Positions 20,637 to 31,928 of a stretch of DNA of 64,000 bases are shown piece after piece (position 1 is the first letter of the stretch; every line of letters begins with the position of its first letter). The notes beneath the pieces were generated by a model that did not search any database, was not told where the DNA came from, and was given only the letters and a program-made list of their open reading frames with translations. The position numbers were made by a program, and so were the translations under genes. The stretch lies in IMG/VR virus record IMGVR_UViG_3300044797_000098, positions 342,471-406,470 of that record; one strand, 5' to 3'.

Positions 20637-23423
20637 CTATTGCAAAACCAGTCGTTGATTATATCTTTCACAAGCTACCATTGCTTTTTCTTTTGTGGCA
20701 AACTTATGATCTGGTCGAAGACCATTGTTATTTAGTAATGTTGTAGATACTGAACTTTTATTTAGCCAATGTATTTCGATATCGTCGATATGATTTTGAC
20801 AAACCATAGTGCACCACCAACCGTTATTTTCTACACCTTGATACATCACACTGTAAGTATAGGATCCTTCGCGAGCAACAAAATAATGCAAATAACAATT
20901 ATTCTCTTTTGCTATTGACCATTCTAACATATCATCTCCTTATTGTAATATCAATAACTCATAATGTCTTTCACAAACGGCTTTTGCTTCTTCTGGCATC
21001 TTGAAAAAACAATCATCTGGCAAACTATCAACCCTACTTGTAATACAATGCATATGAAGTCTGTTTGACACATATCCGCCCAAACTTTTTGGCGGAGTAT
21101 AAACTATATACCACCCACTTTTACTATATTGTAAATACACAATGTCATACCATCCACGATCTGTATTTGATATGTATCGGTCATCACCACTCAATGCATC
21201 ACTATCATTTTCCCATTCCATAATAAATCCTATTGAAGAATAAGCAGTCTATAATGTCTTTCACAAACTGCCATTGCTTCTTCTTTTGTAGCAAACTTAT
21301 GTTCTTCTTGAATACCAGTGTTAGTATGTAAATCCGTTTTTATACTCTTTGTTATGTATAAACCGATCTTAGTGGAATTATAATCTGAAAAGAAAATAGA
21401 ACACCAGCAATCTACACCTACGATATTTTTGCGAAACAAAATAACCTTATAAGATATATCACCTATATGTGATATATAATCATCTGGATGTCGAGTTCCC
21501 TGTTTTATCCAGTTCATTGTAAAATCAATAACCTATAATGTCTTTCGGCGATTGCCATTGCTTCTTCTTTTGTCGCAAAAATAAGTCCAACTGAATTTGC
21601 TTGAATGGTATTTGTTCTTCTGGCTTTTAGATTTTTAGATATAAATTTACCCATACTTCGAGGCGAATTAGTATGATATCTTATTACCCAGCCGTTATAG
21701 GTTCTTCCGTGAAATTCTACATCGTAGCAATGAAAATTATCAACTGTTAGACACCAATGATCGAAGGTAGAAAACTGTTCCCAATTCATTGTAAAATCAA
21801 TAATTTGTGATGGCGTTCGCATATCTCTTGCGCTTCTTCTTTCGTGGCGAACTCACAATTAGATTGTAGTCCTTGTGCTTCTGCTATTCCATAACCGCAT
21901 TCTATGTTAAGATTATTAGATAGGAAGCCACCAAGCATATCTGGTGGATTATATGATGAACACCACTTGCCATAATAACTGATCACACAATAATCATTTC
22001 CATCATCAAGATGAGCTTCCCAATAACCTATATCAGTTTCTAACCAATTCATTTTATAAACCTTATTGTAAAATCAATAATTTGTAATGTCTTTCAGCAG
22101 CGCTGATTGCTTCTTCTTTCGTATGAAACTTATGTTCATCCAAAAAATGACCATAATTTGTGCTCAATGGCTTTGAGTTTTTGTCAAGCCAGTTTATTGG
22201 TAATCCGTTTCCATCTGAATATAAAACGCTCCAAGTCATATTTGATTGTAAGTAAATTACATTATATCTGTAATCACTTCCTATTGCAAGAAACTCTTTG
22301 CTTTCTATTTGTTTCCATTCTAACATAGGATTAGTAATTTGTGATATCGCTCACAAACCTCCATTGCTTCTTCTTTTGTTTTGAATTGACATTCTGGTAA
22401 GTTTGTAATCATTCTTCTGTTTTCTTCCATTATATGTAAGTTTTTAGGTATCCATGCTCCACTTGGTTCTCTTCGTAAGGCTCCCCAACAACCTACAATA
22501 TATGAAGCACTATATCTATGTAAGCCATCTATATTAGCAGTTATAGTATAGGGTGATATAATCTTCCATTCCAACATATGAATCCTACTGCAAAATCAGT
22601 AATCTATAATGTCGTTCTACAACTATTATCGCTTCTTCTTTTGTAGCAAAAAGATGCTTCGATGATATCAAGCCATCATTATAATCCAAGTCTATCGCCA
22701 ATGAGTTTTTAGTTAACCATAATGATTTATTGAACCTATTTCCATCTGTAATATTTACACACCAACAATTCTCTTGTTTTGAAAATCCTACTAAATACCT
22801 TATATTACCTGCTTGCGCAATAATTTCGCCATATTTATTTGTTTCTATATTTCTCCATTTTAACATATTATGAACCTATTGCAACAATAATAATTTGTAA
22901 TGTCGCTCACAAACCTTCATGGCTTCTTCTTTTGTGGGAAACTTGCAATTATCTTTCAATTTATCGCCGTAATAAGATTCTATGCGAAGATTGCTTGATA
23001 GATAGCCAGCATACCTATTTAGATTTGGAGTATAATTAGCAACCCAGATATTATTTTTATCTTTCTCAAAAACTCTATAATTATGATCGATATCTGTGAA
23101 TGGATGAGCGTAAAAATATGTAGGCTTGGATTTCCATTCCATGTGTTAGAATCCTATTGCAACAATAATAATTTGTAATGTCTCTCGCATATTGCGAACG
23201 CTTCTTCTTTTGTAGAAAATCGGCAATTTGTCGGCACACCATATCCATAATAACTTTCTAATTTCAACTTATTTGATAAGTATCTTCTTATTTTATTGTT
23301 CTCGGAATATTCTGAACTCCAAGGTATATTATTGCCGGATGCGTAAGATACCCGATAAAATCTGTTATCGATATATGCTATGAATATTTCGTCCCCATTG
23401 CCATATGGATCAAACTTCAACAT
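20637..23423 (-). CDS. Tandem array of ten intact 85-100 aa paralogs (M(L)xW..variable..F.TKEEA..(C/A)ERHY.LL.LQ)
   Basis: ORFs at 20637, 20940, 21230, 21514, 21786, 22063, 22320, 22585, 22876 and 23154 share the C-terminal ~20 aa. Confidence 0.92.
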
Positions 23424-23497
23424 TGTATTAGAAACCTATACACTGTGCGGTGGGAAGACGGGCTTTCATAATTTTTACTGCGTCGGGGTTAGTAGTG

Positions 23498-23526
23498 AAT
23501 ATAAGGATGGGTGGGGCGGTTGTCAA
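23498..23526 (-). promoter_or_regulatory. sigma70-type promoter for the paralog array
   Basis: TTGACA-17nt-TATATT. Confidence 0.85.
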
Positions 23527-23743
23527 GCATCCACGATAGAAAGTAATTTTTTGATTTCCTTGATTTCAAGGTTCGATGAACACACTTTGTTATAGAACGC
23601 GGTGAAACGATCTATTGTTGTGTTTTTGTAAAACTTGAATGGCTCCCAGCCAGTCAATCGAAGCACGAGACATTTACAATCTTGTGCTTCGGATCTATGT
23701 TCGATATATTGTCGAAGGCATTCGGAATATGAAGGCTTGATTT

Positions 23744-24049
23744 TCATTTATTGAATTTAGGATATTTAGTAGGGTTTAGCCCATATGTTCCTCTATCATA
23801 AACTCCACCTTTGAAGGAACCATTAGTAATCAATACGCCCCCATATGAGGCAAAATCAGTATCAATTTTATCCAGATCTCCCCTAATGACTTGTAGAAGA
23901 CTTGCTTCTGGTGAAGCTGCCTTTTTTACGGCAGGCTTGTGGTTAGCATATCCTAACTGCTTCATGCGTTTCCATATATCATTATAGTTCAATGGCTGAT
24001 TGGCTCTAATCAAAACTTCAATAGCAAACTCTCTCATAGTGGTTATCAT
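23744..24049 (-). CDS. Winged-helix (HARE-HTH-like) protein
   Basis: T..E.A..VL..A..PL...DI..........SP.ASL...I..D pattern. Confidence 0.55.
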   Translation of the reverse strand: MITTMREFAIEVLIRANQPLNYNDIWKRMKQLGYANHKPAVKKAASPEASLLQVIRGDLDKIDTDFASYGGVLITNGSFKGGVYDRGTYGLNPTKYPKFNK

Positions 24050-24064
24050 TTATTATTTTCCTTT

Positions 24065-25021
24065 CTATTTTTCATAGTTTTTATTCAAAAACTTTTTTGC
24101 ATTTTCAAAATCTTCTATACTACGAATAGTAATTTCTAAATCATCTGGACAAAAATCTTTACTTACATCTTTCGTAAAACCCTCTATTAGGGGAAGATTA
24201 GTATTAGATTTGGTATATATTTTTATTATTTTTGTTTTAGCGTCAATCGCTATTGATGCAAAATTATCTAACCCGCGCTTGAATATAAAATATAATTCAA
24301 TTTCTTTTTCTTGTAAATCATTTCCAAGATTTAATATATAAGATTTTATATTATCGAAAAGATCTTTGATATTTTTATCCGCTTCGTGTAATTGAATATT
24401 GAATGTTTTCGGACTACTATCATCTATTGATGCAATATCGTTTCTAATTTCTTGAAGATCGGGTATGGTAGGAGGCAGAATACTTTTCGCCATTTTCGAA
24501 GGGCGGTCATTATCAATCGCATTTATTAGTTCAAGGATCATAAACCCTTCATCGTATTTTTTATACCTAATCAGTTCTATGTTATATTGACTAATCATTT
24601 CTGCTGAACGAAGATCATATTTGGTAAAATCCTCTGCAATACATAAAATACGCGGACTTTTCCAGTCAATATCATTTATTGAATGATCGGCTAATTGTTC
24701 TCTAACAAGTATTTTGAAGTCGCTTTTATGATCTAATAGCCATCCTAAATAATATAACCCTTGACTAATTACATTTTCATTTATTGAACGCTTATATTCA
24801 ATAATAACTGGACATCCGTTTCTGTCTATACCAAGCGTATCAATACGACATTTATGTAGTTTCTCTTTTGGATATTCGGTAGCAAGAAACCTAACCCCAA
24901 GAAACCCTTCTAAATTAGCTTCAATTGAGGACTGTAATGATCTTTCTAACTGAACCGATTTTCCTGTCAATTCTATTATTGAATTATCATCTTTGAACTG
25001 GAATAACTTGATATTACTCAT
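24065..25021 (-). CDS. NucS/DUF91-like PD-(D/E)xK endonuclease with DUF5655-like C-terminus
   Basis: LERSLQ..IE.NLE.FLGVRFLATEY, RIDTLGID..G.PVIIEYKR, QGLYYL.WL.DH. Confidence 0.8.
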   Translation of the reverse strand: MSNIKLFQFKDDNSIIELTGKSVQLERSLQSSIEANLEGFLGVRFLATEYPKEKLHKCRIDTLGIDRNGCPVIIEYKRSINENVISQGLYYLGWLLDHKSDFKILVREQLADHSINDIDWKSPRILCIAEDFTKYDLRSAEMISQYNIELIRYKKYDEGFMILELINAIDNDRPSKMAKSILPPTIPDLQEIRNDIASIDDSSPKTFNIQLHEADKNIKDLFDNIKSYILNLGNDLQEKEIELYFIFKRGLDNFASIAIDAKTKIIKIYTKSNTNLPLIEGFTKDVSKDFCPDDLEITIRSIEDFENAKKFLNKNYEK

Positions 25022-25083
25022 ATTTTTGATGCCATTAGTGCCACAAAAAGATTAATCATTTGACTTAAAAATTAAATAACAAC

Positions 25084-25112
25084 ATTGGGTTATATAAAAA
25101 ATATAACCCAAT
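25084..25112. promoter_or_regulatory. Perfect 12-bp inverted repeat (operator or hairpin)
   Basis: ATTGGGTTATAT-AAAAA-ATATAACCCAAT upstream of the NucS-like gene. Confidence 0.5.
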
Positions 25113-25840
25113 AATAATTACTATTTTATAAAATCTCTCCCTACGATATCTTCGCTAAATCTTCAACACTCACATACATCTCAATCGCATTCTTTGCGCC
25201 TTTGATTAGATCACGCGATATCTTTTCATCTATTGCATACGAAAGATCTATCATGTATTTTTCAGTCAATCTCCAACCACCATCATTTTCTTTGCTAAAC
25301 TCATACATAACTTCTTCTTCGGTAGGATCTCTTCGCAACCACCAACACCAACGACTGTTCATCCGCTTCTTCAATGATGCCCTAATCTTATCCATCGTCT
25401 CTTTATATCGTGTTTCTTTTCTTGCTTTCGCCCAAGCAAGATATTTTTCCGCAACATGAACAACTTCCTTCGGATCCATCTTCACGAGCGATTGATTTGG
25501 ACAAGTCATTTTATTTTCCTCGCAATTTTTCTCTGATGAAACGGTTCCGTTATCGTTATCCAAAATCCTATTCCACAAAATACCATTGATACAAAAAACC
25601 AAGTATTGACAATACTCATTAATATTGTATATATCATAATTTATCCACCAAGCATTGTGGCACTAACTGCCATTGCTATCCATAGCACTAATGTTGCAAT
25701 CGCAGTTAGCAATGTGAAACCTCCTAACACAATTGAAACTTTGTCCTTATTTACAATAGATCGGCTCAACCAAAAAATAGTTGTTGCTAACGCAATTGAA
25801 TACAAAACAATCATACATATGATCAAAAACATTTTTTACC

Positions 25841-26209
25841 TCATTTCAATAACACGCATACATCACATTCACATCGAAGCCAATAATTATTTTGTCTAAT
25901 CTCGCCCGGTCTTCCGCATCTTTCACAAGTCTTTGCGCTTTGTGCTTCTGCTTCGTGTATTGCATCATACATCTCTGATGTGCCTGCCGAAAGATAGAAA
26001 CGAAGCGTTGCAAACTTGGACTTGCATTGGCTTGCTCTGTGTTTTAATCGTTCTACTTCTGGTAGCGCCAGTATCATCGTTTCAAGTTTCTTACTTAACG
26101 CTTCGATCAACAAAAACCAACCATCGCCAATACCTTCAAACCCATATCGTAGTTCTGAATATAGATTGGGATATGTTTTGATTAGTTCTTGTTCAAGTTC
26201 TTTTTTCAT
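25841..26209 (-). CDS. Conserved phage hypothetical protein with Zn finger
   Basis: DGWF.LI..Q.K.KF..LRFY..AE..S..TCERCG.PG motif set. Confidence 0.7.
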   Translation of the reverse strand: MKKELEQELIKTYPNLYSELRYGFEGIGDGWFLLIEALSKKLETMILALPEVERLKHRASQCKSKFATLRFYLSAGTSEMYDAIHEAEAQSAKTCERCGRPGEIRQNNYWLRCECDVCVLLK

Positions 26210-26486
26210 TTTGTATCTTTCATATATTCTTTTCCAATTGCATGCAAGTTCTTTGTTAGCAATTGATCTTGCGTATCATAACTTATATCGATACGAGTAA
26301 GTTTTCCTGTGTTCAACTCTCCGCGAGAAACACAAAAATAATAACTATAACCTAAATCCTCATCATATTCTTCTTCCAACCAAGCCTTTGCGCCATCAAT
26401 AACCAGTTCTGGTGAGGAATAAAATCCAATACTAAAATTATCAACTATTCTACTGTCGTCAATAACATCAACCCATAAATAATAAA

Positions 26487-27092
26487 TCATTGTAGTAAAT
26501 ACCCCGTTCCGTTTTGTCCAACCTTCACCGTCATCAATCGATCTCTCAACTCTGGCACCAATCGACGAATGTTATTTACTCTTCGTCCAATTGCGTCCCA
26601 CCATCTTGCAGGAAGTTTTGATCCGTATTGAGGATACACAACCTTATCGCGAAGTTCTTCCAATGTAATTACTTTTTCGGGATTGGAATAAATATATTCG
26701 AACACGAAAAAATCATCATCATTCAATGTTCGCACACCATTTTTCGATCTGACTTGTCTATTGAACTTATTAATCACGAAGTCTTTTTGACATTGCTTCG
26801 TTGTATCTTGCGGAATAATTGGGCGAGAAACCTTTACAAGTTTTTGGTTATTGATCATAATTGAGGTTTCTGGGTCTTGTATTTTTTGATCGCTCAATCG
26901 TATAAGTTTTGTTTTTATTGGGCACTCCATATTATTATCTTTGTATTTCTTTTTGATTTCTGATACTGCTCTTTTAATTGATTTTAGTTTTACTCGTGTA
27001 GGATCTTTGCTAAATTGAGCGAGTTCTTCCCAATATGCCTCTGGCTTATCTTTGAGAAAATTGATTATATTTTGTTCTTGTTGTGTTAGCAT
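26487..27092 (-). CDS. Winged-helix (OmpR C-terminal-like) DNA-binding protein
   Basis: L...F.VF.Y.Y.NP..VI..EEL...V.......RVNNIRR....TV......GY.L. Confidence 0.65.
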   Translation of the reverse strand: MLTQQEQNIINFLKDKPEAYWEELAQFSKDPTRVKLKSIKRAVSEIKKKYKDNNMECPIKTKLIRLSDQKIQDPETSIMINNQKLVKVSRPIIPQDTTKQCQKDFVINKFNRQVRSKNGVRTLNDDDFFVFEYIYSNPEKVITLEELRDKVVYPQYGSKLPARWWDAIGRRVNNIRRLVPELRDRLMTVKVGQNGTGYLLQ

Positions 27093-27425
27093 TTAATTCA
27101 CCGTTATCATATAAATTATGAACCAAACGATTTTACAAACGATATGCAAAATCTGATCTGTATGGATGCTATATTTGCCTTCACATTTGAAAAAATCAAT
27201 CCAATAATGCGCAACTGTTTCTGCAATACCGAGCCAAACATTCTGTGTGATCAATGCTACTGCACCACCATGTATTAGGGCGTGGCTTCCCAACCAGTAA
27301 TAAAATGGGACGGCTTTTTGTAATGGCGTATTAGCATTACGATTTTTGTTGATTGCTGTGGCATCGCCCTGCAACGGGAAGTCGCATAAGGCATGCGCAG
27401 CAATTAGGAAGAATAGTATTATCAT
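27093..27425 (-). CDS. DUF3307-like membrane protein (predicted leaderless)
   Basis: AH.L.DFPLQ, H..IH, H..ID..K, DQ.LH; ATG lies 7 nt from the -10 box. Confidence 0.8.
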   Translation of the reverse strand: MIILFFLIAAHALCDFPLQGDATAINKNRNANTPLQKAVPFYYWLGSHALIHGGAVALITQNVWLGIAETVAHYWIDFFKCEGKYSIHTDQILHIVCKIVWFIIYMITVN

Positions 27426-27431
27426 CGGGTT

Positions 27432-27460
27432 AATGTAAGTCTCCGTGGCTCGGCTGTCAA
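27432..27460 (-). promoter_or_regulatory. sigma70-type promoter
   Basis: TTGACA-17nt-TACATT. Confidence 0.85.
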
Positions 27461-28482
27461 GGTATAGCGTTCAATCTTTCAACAACTTCAATTAATACCT
27501 CTTTTTCCACCGCAAGATTTATCCTAACCTTACTCGCATCACCAAAACCTTCTCCATCTGCCACATTGATTTTAGCGTGTTGCAACTTTTGATATTCTTT
27601 CCCTTTTCTAAACCAACCAAACATCCCCGGAATATCAACAATATCTTCCGGCACATCAAGAATATCTTTACGAATAGATTTGATGATTGTCTTGTTTTCA
27701 ATCAATCCTTCTTGGCATCGTTGAATGAATATATCGTATGTCTCTTTTTGTTCAAGATCGGTTAGCAATTCGAGAACAATACTTTGACTAACTGTCGATA
27801 CACCGACTGTCATCATTTCCATATATTCTTGGATATCGTGGTGGAATTGTTCATTACTACAAACCGTATAACCAATCCTTAAACCTGACAAACCTAAAAA
27901 CTTACTCATTGAATAAATCTGAACATCACCCAATGCAGGGAAGTCCTTATATGTCGGAAGATAGATTGGGTTGTAATACACCGCGTCATGTATGAATGGA
28001 ACATTGTTGTCCTTGTGCCATTCAACAAGCGTTTTTATTCGTTCGGGACAATCGAACATATTACCACACGGATTACCCGGAAGCACTGCAAGATATGCAT
28101 CATAAGATCGATCCACTGTTTCAAGACCGTGTGCTTTTAGCAACGGAGGAATTAATGGCCAAACTGGTCTCGTCAATGCTACTCGTTTTTTATTCATTTT
28201 ATTGAGCGCATATGCCACTGCCCCAAGTGCATTCTTCGCCCCATTTGTAATTACGACTGGTGCCTGATGCTTATCTTCCAAAAACTTTACAAGCGGTGGA
28301 TATCCTGTTGGTGGCTGATATTCACATTTGTTATTTGAGTATAAATCAACGCTCAACTGATTTTGAGATCGATATAGGTCGAGCGTTGTTAGCAATGCAT
28401 TACGAACAATATGAGCCTCGCCCACTGACAAGTCAATAAAACCCTCACCTAATTTTGGAATTGCAAGTAATAAATTACTCAT
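27457..28482 (-). CDS. PLP-dependent aminotransferase class I/II
   Basis: IDLSVGE, VITNGAK.AL, PGNPCG, IHDAVY, SMSKFLGLSGLRIGY, VRIN. Confidence 0.9.
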   Translation of the reverse strand: MSNLLLAIPKLGEGFIDLSVGEAHIVRNALLTTLDLYRSQNQLSVDLYSNNKCEYQPPTGYPPLVKFLEDKHQAPVVITNGAKNALGAVAYALNKMNKKRVALTRPVWPLIPPLLKAHGLETVDRSYDAYLAVLPGNPCGNMFDCPERIKTLVEWHKDNNVPFIHDAVYYNPIYLPTYKDFPALGDVQIYSMSKFLGLSGLRIGYTVCSNEQFHHDIQEYMEMMTVGVSTVSQSIVLELLTDLEQKETYDIFIQRCQEGLIENKTIIKSIRKDILDVPEDIVDIPGMFGWFRKGKEYQKLQHAKINVADGEGFGDASKVRINLAVEKEVLIEVVERLNAIP

Positions 28483-29642
28483 ATTAGCACCAAGTATTTT
28501 TCCATTTCTTTATCATACTTACCGTTCGTGCATCTACTAACGACACCATATAAATGATGTATTTGTTTTCTATCAATGCCATTGGTCATTCCTCGAACTA
28601 AATTACGAGCAACATCCAATCCCTTTTCCTCATATATTAAAACCGTTGCTTCCCAATAATTACTTGCCATTATGGTCTCGGTAAAATCATCATCAACGAT
28701 TGTAATATAATATGTCTTATTTGATCCAAGTGGAGTGTATTTCCAATCATATGATTTTAACATAACAACATATACTTTTCTATTTCTTTGTCGTATTTCC
28801 CGTTTGATTTTGCCATCATAAAATCATAGTATTCCGTTTTAGACCATGCTTTGTTACAGAGTTCCATAACAATCTTATATGTCAATACCAAGTTCTTTGC
28901 AACATTCAAGTTTCGTTTTTCATATTCTTGTATTACCGCTTCCCAATAACTATTAGCGCGAACCAAGGCACAAAAATCAGTATCAGTTATTTCAAAACTG
29001 AACCTATACTTATCTGGCATAGGAGGGATTTCACGATCGTCGAGTAATCTAATTGATTTTAGCATTATAGCAACATCAAGTATTTTTCGATTTCTTCATC
29101 ATATATACCGCCAGTAAATTGACTGGCAAGTTTCCTGTTGTCATTAGACGAACCTTTACTGATCCATTTAATGGCACGCGCTAGATTAGCAGCAATGTTC
29201 AGGTTTCTTTTTCCATATTCTAAAACTAACGCTTCCCACAAATTATTGGCAATCGTTGTCTCGGTAAAATCAGTATCAATAATAGTAATCATGATTGTCT
29301 TACCACCATTTACATATCTATTAGGATTATAGTCCCAAGTTATAGATTTGAACATTATAGCAACATCATATATTTTTGGAGTTCGTCTTTGTATGGTTCA
29401 ACGCTTGGTATATTATGAATAATATGATTATATAAATCCGCAGTAGTTATATTGGGATTACTCCAATTAATAATGGCGCGTGCTAAGTTTTTGGCAACAT
29501 TAAGATTTCGTTTTTTATACTCTATAACTATCGTATCCCATACTGTGTGGGAGTCCGATTTTACTTCGAAGTCATCATCAGTAATAATCCATTCTTTCAA
29601 ACCAGTGGATGTATTTTCTCTTAGGCTGCATTTGATATACAT
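28479..29642 (-). CDS. Four tandem ~95-aa paralogs (I.D.DF...W....Y....LN(V/I)A.NL...E..KY(L/M)..L)
   Basis: ORFs at 28479, 28757, 29065 and 29355 share these blocks. Confidence 0.88.
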
Positions 29643-29645
29643 CTG

Positions 29646-29906
29646 TTATACCAGCATCAAGTATTTATCAACTTCACTTGCATACTTTGCAAACTTTTTT
29701 TGGGTTTTATAATTATTCCATGTTTCTAATATCAAGCGGGGCTTCGCCCCGCTGGATCGGGCTCAGTCAATAGTCCTAACGGAAGCAATTCCAATGTATC
29801 GTCAACGGCAACGTTGGCAGATACAAGCCCTTGCCTTTAGGCAAGGGTAGTTGACCTCAATTGGAGATGTATTAGTTTTGATGATTGGTTCAGCGCGGAG
29901 GAACAT
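29646..29906 (-). pseudogene. Fifth family member disrupted by an IS-end remnant
   Basis: N-fragment MFLRAEPIIKTNTSPIE from ATG 29906; C-fragment ..KFAKYASEVDKYLMLV*; middle replaced. Confidence 0.65.
29731..29855 (-). mobile_element. IS200/IS605-superfamily end remnant (IscB/HEARO omegaRNA-like 5' segment)
   Basis: GTCAACTACCCTTGCCTAAAGGCAAGGGCTTG..ATTGAC plus hairpin AGCGGGGC-GAA-GCCCCGCT; no transposase or nuclease ORF. Confidence 0.7.
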
Positions 29907-29911
29907 TGTGC

Positions 29912-30292
29912 CTAAAATCTAAAATAGGTATCAGTGTTGTTATGCGGATACCAACAACCATACTCATTGGGGCTGATAGAATAGAATACTTTCTTTACTC
30001 GTTTTGCTTTTAGTGCATTGGCACAATCGGGACAAGGACGAGCAATAGCAAGCGAATTATCACGGCGAAGTATTCTAACTACATAAAAGGTTCCGTTAAA
30101 ATCCACTTTTTTCAGCGTCCTGTATTCGGCGTGGGCTTTACGATCTGGTTCTGCCACTGGCGAATTGGGAGCACCAACAAGCACGCCGTCATTTCTCACA
30201 CATAGGGCACCTACTTTGAACGAGCGTTTATCGTCTTTGGAAAGAGCAATTTTTACTGCCAGATCAAAATAGTAATGAACGGAATTGCGCAT
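29912..30292 (-). CDS. Zn-dependent nucleotide/nucleic-acid deaminase (CDA/TadA fold), predicted leaderless
   Basis: VGA, HAE and PCPDC motifs; ATG 30292 is 7 nt from the -10 of promoter 30299-30327. Confidence 0.85.
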   Translation of the reverse strand: MRNSVHYYFDLAVKIALSKDDKRSFKVGALCVRNDGVLVGAPNSPVAEPDRKAHAEYRTLKKVDFNGTFYVVRILRRDNSLAIARPCPDCANALKAKRVKKVFYSISPNEYGCWYPHNNTDTYFRF

Positions 30293-30298
30293 CAGGGA

Positions 30299-30327
30299 TA
30301 GGTAAGGCTCGGACGCTGGTTTGTCAA
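30299..30327 (-). promoter_or_regulatory. sigma70-type promoter
   Basis: TTGACA-17nt-TACCTA. Confidence 0.6.
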
Positions 30328-30360
30328 GTCCAGTCAAAAAACTCAATGATATCAAGGCAG

Positions 30361-30433
30361 TCGGCGTGGTAGGGGTCGAACCTACTAATCGAAGAATATA
30401 AGTCTTCTGTCTTAACCGTTTGACGACACGCCG
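30361..30433 (-). tRNA. trnI: tRNA-Ile (anticodon UAU), CCA not encoded
   Basis: CGGCGTG/CACGCCG acceptor stem, D-loop GG, GAAGA-CTTATAT-TCTTC anticodon arm, GTAGG-TTCGACC-CCTAC T arm, A73. Confidence 0.9.
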
Positions 30434-31271
30434 GTATCACGAAACTCTAAAACGCCAACACTTCTTCATCAAAACTTTTTACACCAACATCAACCACTTT
30501 CTTATACTCACTAAAAACTTCTGGCAACGGATTAGCAGCAACTACTTCAACCTTCTTCACCTCATACCCCAACGCCTTCACCAACGCTTGCCTATCCTTC
30601 TCCGCAATCTCAACACCATACTTATTCGGCAATACCTTCAATGTCTCAGCATCAAAAATCACTCTTGTATTCACTGCAAAATCAGTTAGATACAAAACAA
30701 ACAACGGAGATCCAATTCTTTGCTTTGCCGAGATTACATACAATCCGTTCGACAACATCATATTGACTTTTCGATTTTGTTGCTTGTTTTTCATATCATT
30801 TATCCTTCAATAGCAAGATCATGTTTTCTGTGTCTTCATACACTTTGAGTAATTCAGGATACTTTTCTTCAACGAATGCTCTCCTGTATGGCGACTTGTC
30901 ATAACTATAAATACCATAATAACGATCTTTCACCAATGCACGAATAGCGTCTTTTGGCGATAGTCCTGCTTTCTTTGCCAACTCCATATAACTAATCAAT
31001 CCCTTATATCGATTACACATTACGAGACCACATTCATTCCATCAAACCAAGGTAATAGATTAGCATGACGTGTTTCCATATGCTTACGGATCATCATCAT
31101 ATTGTGATATATGTTTCCGTGATGGGCTTCCTTCATACGATTGCGATATGCTGTTTTAACATTGGCATGATTAATCGATAGATCATACTCCATCGCCTTA
31201 TCAATATTAAGGATATCCACCGTATCCGTATCAACAATAATCATAACTAAACCGTTTCTACTGGAACTTTC

Positions 31272-31928
31272 TCAACAACACCGGTAGTCTTTGCCAATTT
31301 CGCTCGTTGCTTCTTGGCACCTACCCCCGTCCCAAGTTTTGCGTCGAGCAGAGCAATCTTCTGCGAAGCGGAAAGGGCAAAGGCTCATGCACGCCATACC
31401 AACTTTTTCACTGATAGACATAGCAATCGCTTTCATAACTTGGCCACCATCTAACATACCTAATGGAAAGCAATTAAACAAGTTTAACATTGCCATCCAT
31501 CCCGCAGCAGCAGCAAGCATTGGTAATCCAGTAATTAGATATGCAACATATGTTCCAATCGCTAATACCAATCCTCCAATTGGACCAGCCAATGCAATGA
31601 ACGCATTGTCAGCATATGTTTTGTATTTGTCTTCTGCGATTGCTGCCCCTCCAAGGAAAGGAATAAAATAAAATCCTTTCGTTCGAAAGCCCTTATGCTT
31701 CATAGCAACAACGTGAGAACTCTCGTGAAAACCCAACGCAATAATAATGAGCAACGCAAACTTCCAAGTAAAAAGATATGCATACGAAGCAAAACTAATT
31801 GCAAGCAATCCTACTTTGATCAGTTTCGTCATCTTCAATAACTTAGGAAGATATGTTAGAAACTTTGCTCCGAACTTTCCAAACAATCCCCAACCAGTCT
31901 TAGATTTCTTTTCAGTCATGTCAATCAC
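31272..31928 (-). CDS. M50 (site-2) membrane metallopeptidase, C-terminally truncated or fused
   Basis: HESSH, IALAGP, NLFNCFPLGMLDGG; the last ~35 aa appear to be an out-of-frame read of another gene. Confidence 0.85.
   Translation of the reverse strand: MIDMTEKKSKTGWGLFGKFGAKFLTYLPKLLKMTKLIKVGLLAISFASYAYLFTWKFALLIIIALGFHESSHVVAMKHKGFRTKGFYFIPFLGGAAIAEDKYKTYADNAFIALAGPIGGLVLAIGTYVAYLITGLPMLAAAAGWMAMLNLFNCFPLGMLDGGQVMKAIAMSISEKVGMACMSLCPFRFAEDCSARRKTWDGGRCQEATSEIGKDYRCC

Noticed and set aside
20363-23423. CRISPR array, integron or diversity-generating retroelement
   Set aside because: The repeats are degenerate coding 3' ends spaced ~280 bp apart. I saw no cas, integrase, attC-like palindromes, reverse transcriptase or adenine-specific TR/VR pair.
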